The position numbers were made by a program, and so were the translations under genes. From the human T2T-CHM13v2.0 reference genome, Homo sapiens: a stretch of 64,000 nucleotides of DNA. Positions 61,736 to 64,000 of this stretch are shown in pieces. Every line of letters starts with the position of its first letter. The first letter of the stretch is position 1. The notes under the pieces are model-generated. The model was not told the origin of the DNA and did not search any database. It was given only the letters and a program-made list of their open reading frames with translations. The stretch is taken from NCBI RefSeq assembly GCF_009914755.1, contig NC_060931.1; one strand, written 5' to 3'.

Positions 61736-62722
61736 AAAGAGGAGAAGCTCTAGAATAATTTTATGATTAGATTAAACATGTAAAAATATGTCTAAGATTT
61801 TTTGTACTTAGATTTTTACTCTGCCACTTTTCTTGAATTTTCTTTTGTCTTACAAATATCATGTTTAGGAAACTAACCTAAAAGAGAAGTCTGAATGCTG
61901 ATTCCATTCAGCAGGGGAAGGGTTGTTATTGCCATCTGTAGTTCATTGTTACTAGTTTCCTTATGCTTGGCCATTTGAGGATCAAAGGCTTTGTTTAATG
62001 ACCTTGAACTCTGATCCCTTACAAGGCAATGCATATTTCTGACACTAGGCCACTGGGCTTTCTGTGTTCTTGTTAAATATACAATGTCATAATGTACATA
62101 CTATTCTTTTGGCTAGTGTAATGACATTTCTACTTCTGCTTTTAATAAGGCTAACTCCCTTCTAAACACTGTCTTTAAAAATAGAATGGTTCTTCCATTA
62201 GTAGCAGAAATTCTTTACTCTTGGTTGACACACAATTTTTTTTGTTCCCAAACCTAGGCCTCAGTCCTATCCTTCAAAAAAACAAGCCGAACTTTGTTTT
62301 CTGTTTGCCAAGGAAAGGGATTAGTGTGTCTGCACAAAGAAAAGTAATTCTTTTCCATACAAAAAAGGATAGGTACTATATTCCAATCAAGGTAACAAAC
62401 CAGTGGGCTAAAAAAGAATTGCCTTTTAATTGTGAAAACATTTCCTGATCTTTTAAAAAAAGAAATCTACGGGAAGTATAAAGGCAATCAGGTAATAAAC
62501 TCATTGAAAATCAGTTATAGTATTAGCAAAAGTTTACAGTGGTTGGCTTTGTCACATAGTCATAGTTTGTGGGAGAATCTTGACCTTATTTGATGCTGTA
62601 AATACTTGTGTTTTCTTAGCCTATTGATATGGTATGAAGGAGTCTCTTGGATGGGCCAAATTGCCTTTCAAAAAATTCATTGTTTTGTAAAATTGGGATT
62701 ACCTTAAAAGAAAAAGTTAACC

Positions 62723-63103
<381 letters not shown>

Positions 63104-64000
63104 TTAAAATATATTTAAATGTATTTAAATAAATATATATATTGAAATTTGATATAAGAAAATTAGATGAAATTTTCTCATATGTTGATGTATTTATGGT
63201 ATTTTTTGGTTTTGCTAAACAGGTTGTGTATTATTAATCATTTGCTATAGCATAATTTAAGATTATTTGCAGTTTCTAATTTTTATTAACACTAAAGTTT
63301 TTTTGACATTCAGCATTTCTGCTCACATGAGCCATAATTATATCTACGAAGTGTTTTGAGCTTAAAGCAACTTTGAAAATGGAAGAAATGACTAACATTA
63401 AACATGTTTAGCTCCTCAAACACTACCTGCTGATTACTTAAATTTTATGTGGACTCCATATAATGTTCATAATACAAATACATTTCAATATTTTGATACA
63501 GAATAATGTTTATAATTCTCAGCATGCACATATATTCTAACCATGCTGAGATAACACTAGCGTTCAAACAACAGTAGCCAGTCTGATGTTTAAAAGAAAC
63601 ACTTGCTAGCCGAAGGACATTCCTCTTGAGGCATGGACTGGAAACCATGTTGAGTATGCTAAGTAATTCCATCTGACCTGCAGAAAATCACTATGGGTTA
63701 CATTTTCACTTTGCACATATGTCATCGACCAAGCCAACTGGCTGGAGTAAGCTTTTTGAAATGGACATTTCTGGCTGAGCTTTTGGAAGATTGCATTTTT
63801 AAAAATAAAGCATTAAAAAAACCATTATTCATTGGTTGTACATTAAAAGCAAATGGCGAAAGGAAATAAACAGAAGTATAAAAAGGTCATAGGATGAAAA
63901 CATTAAATTGTGTATACAATTTTAATTCTATTTGTAGTAGGTTTAAAAATAATTGTACTTAATATAGAGCCAACCTCCCTAAAAAAGCAAAATATTTAGA

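Overview
Human/great-ape genomic DNA from inside the BBS9 (PTHB1, BBSome subunit) gene, transcribed on the + strand. Only two short coding exons are present: 1516-1580 (65 nt, GTEMLHLAVLHSRKLCVYSVS) and 23371-23484 (114 nt, GTLGNVEHGNQCQMKLMYEHNLQRTACNMTYGSFGGVK). The rest is intron dominated by transposable elements. Intron 1581-23370 is about 73% occupied by one minus-strand MER57-type ERV1 provirus (two LTRs, perfect tRNA-Leu PBS, PPT, env TM remnant). Nested in it are a near-full-length L1PA6/7, a young twin-primed (inverted) L1PA2-like element and three Alus. The next intron holds a tailless 5S rRNA retropseudogene, MER1A, a sense LTR10/HERV-I fragment fused by deletion to an antisense MER41B provirus fragment, MaLR solo LTRs, a truncated U6 retrocopy, an old L1MA and many Alus. 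I see no support for a new protein-coding system: the long ORFs are L1, Alu or ERV derived. The best leads are regulatory or RNA-structural (internal promoters, STAT sites, dsRNA-forming inverted repeats, duplicated RUNX sites). Subfamily names come from recalled consensus sequences and need RepeatMasker/Dfam confirmation.
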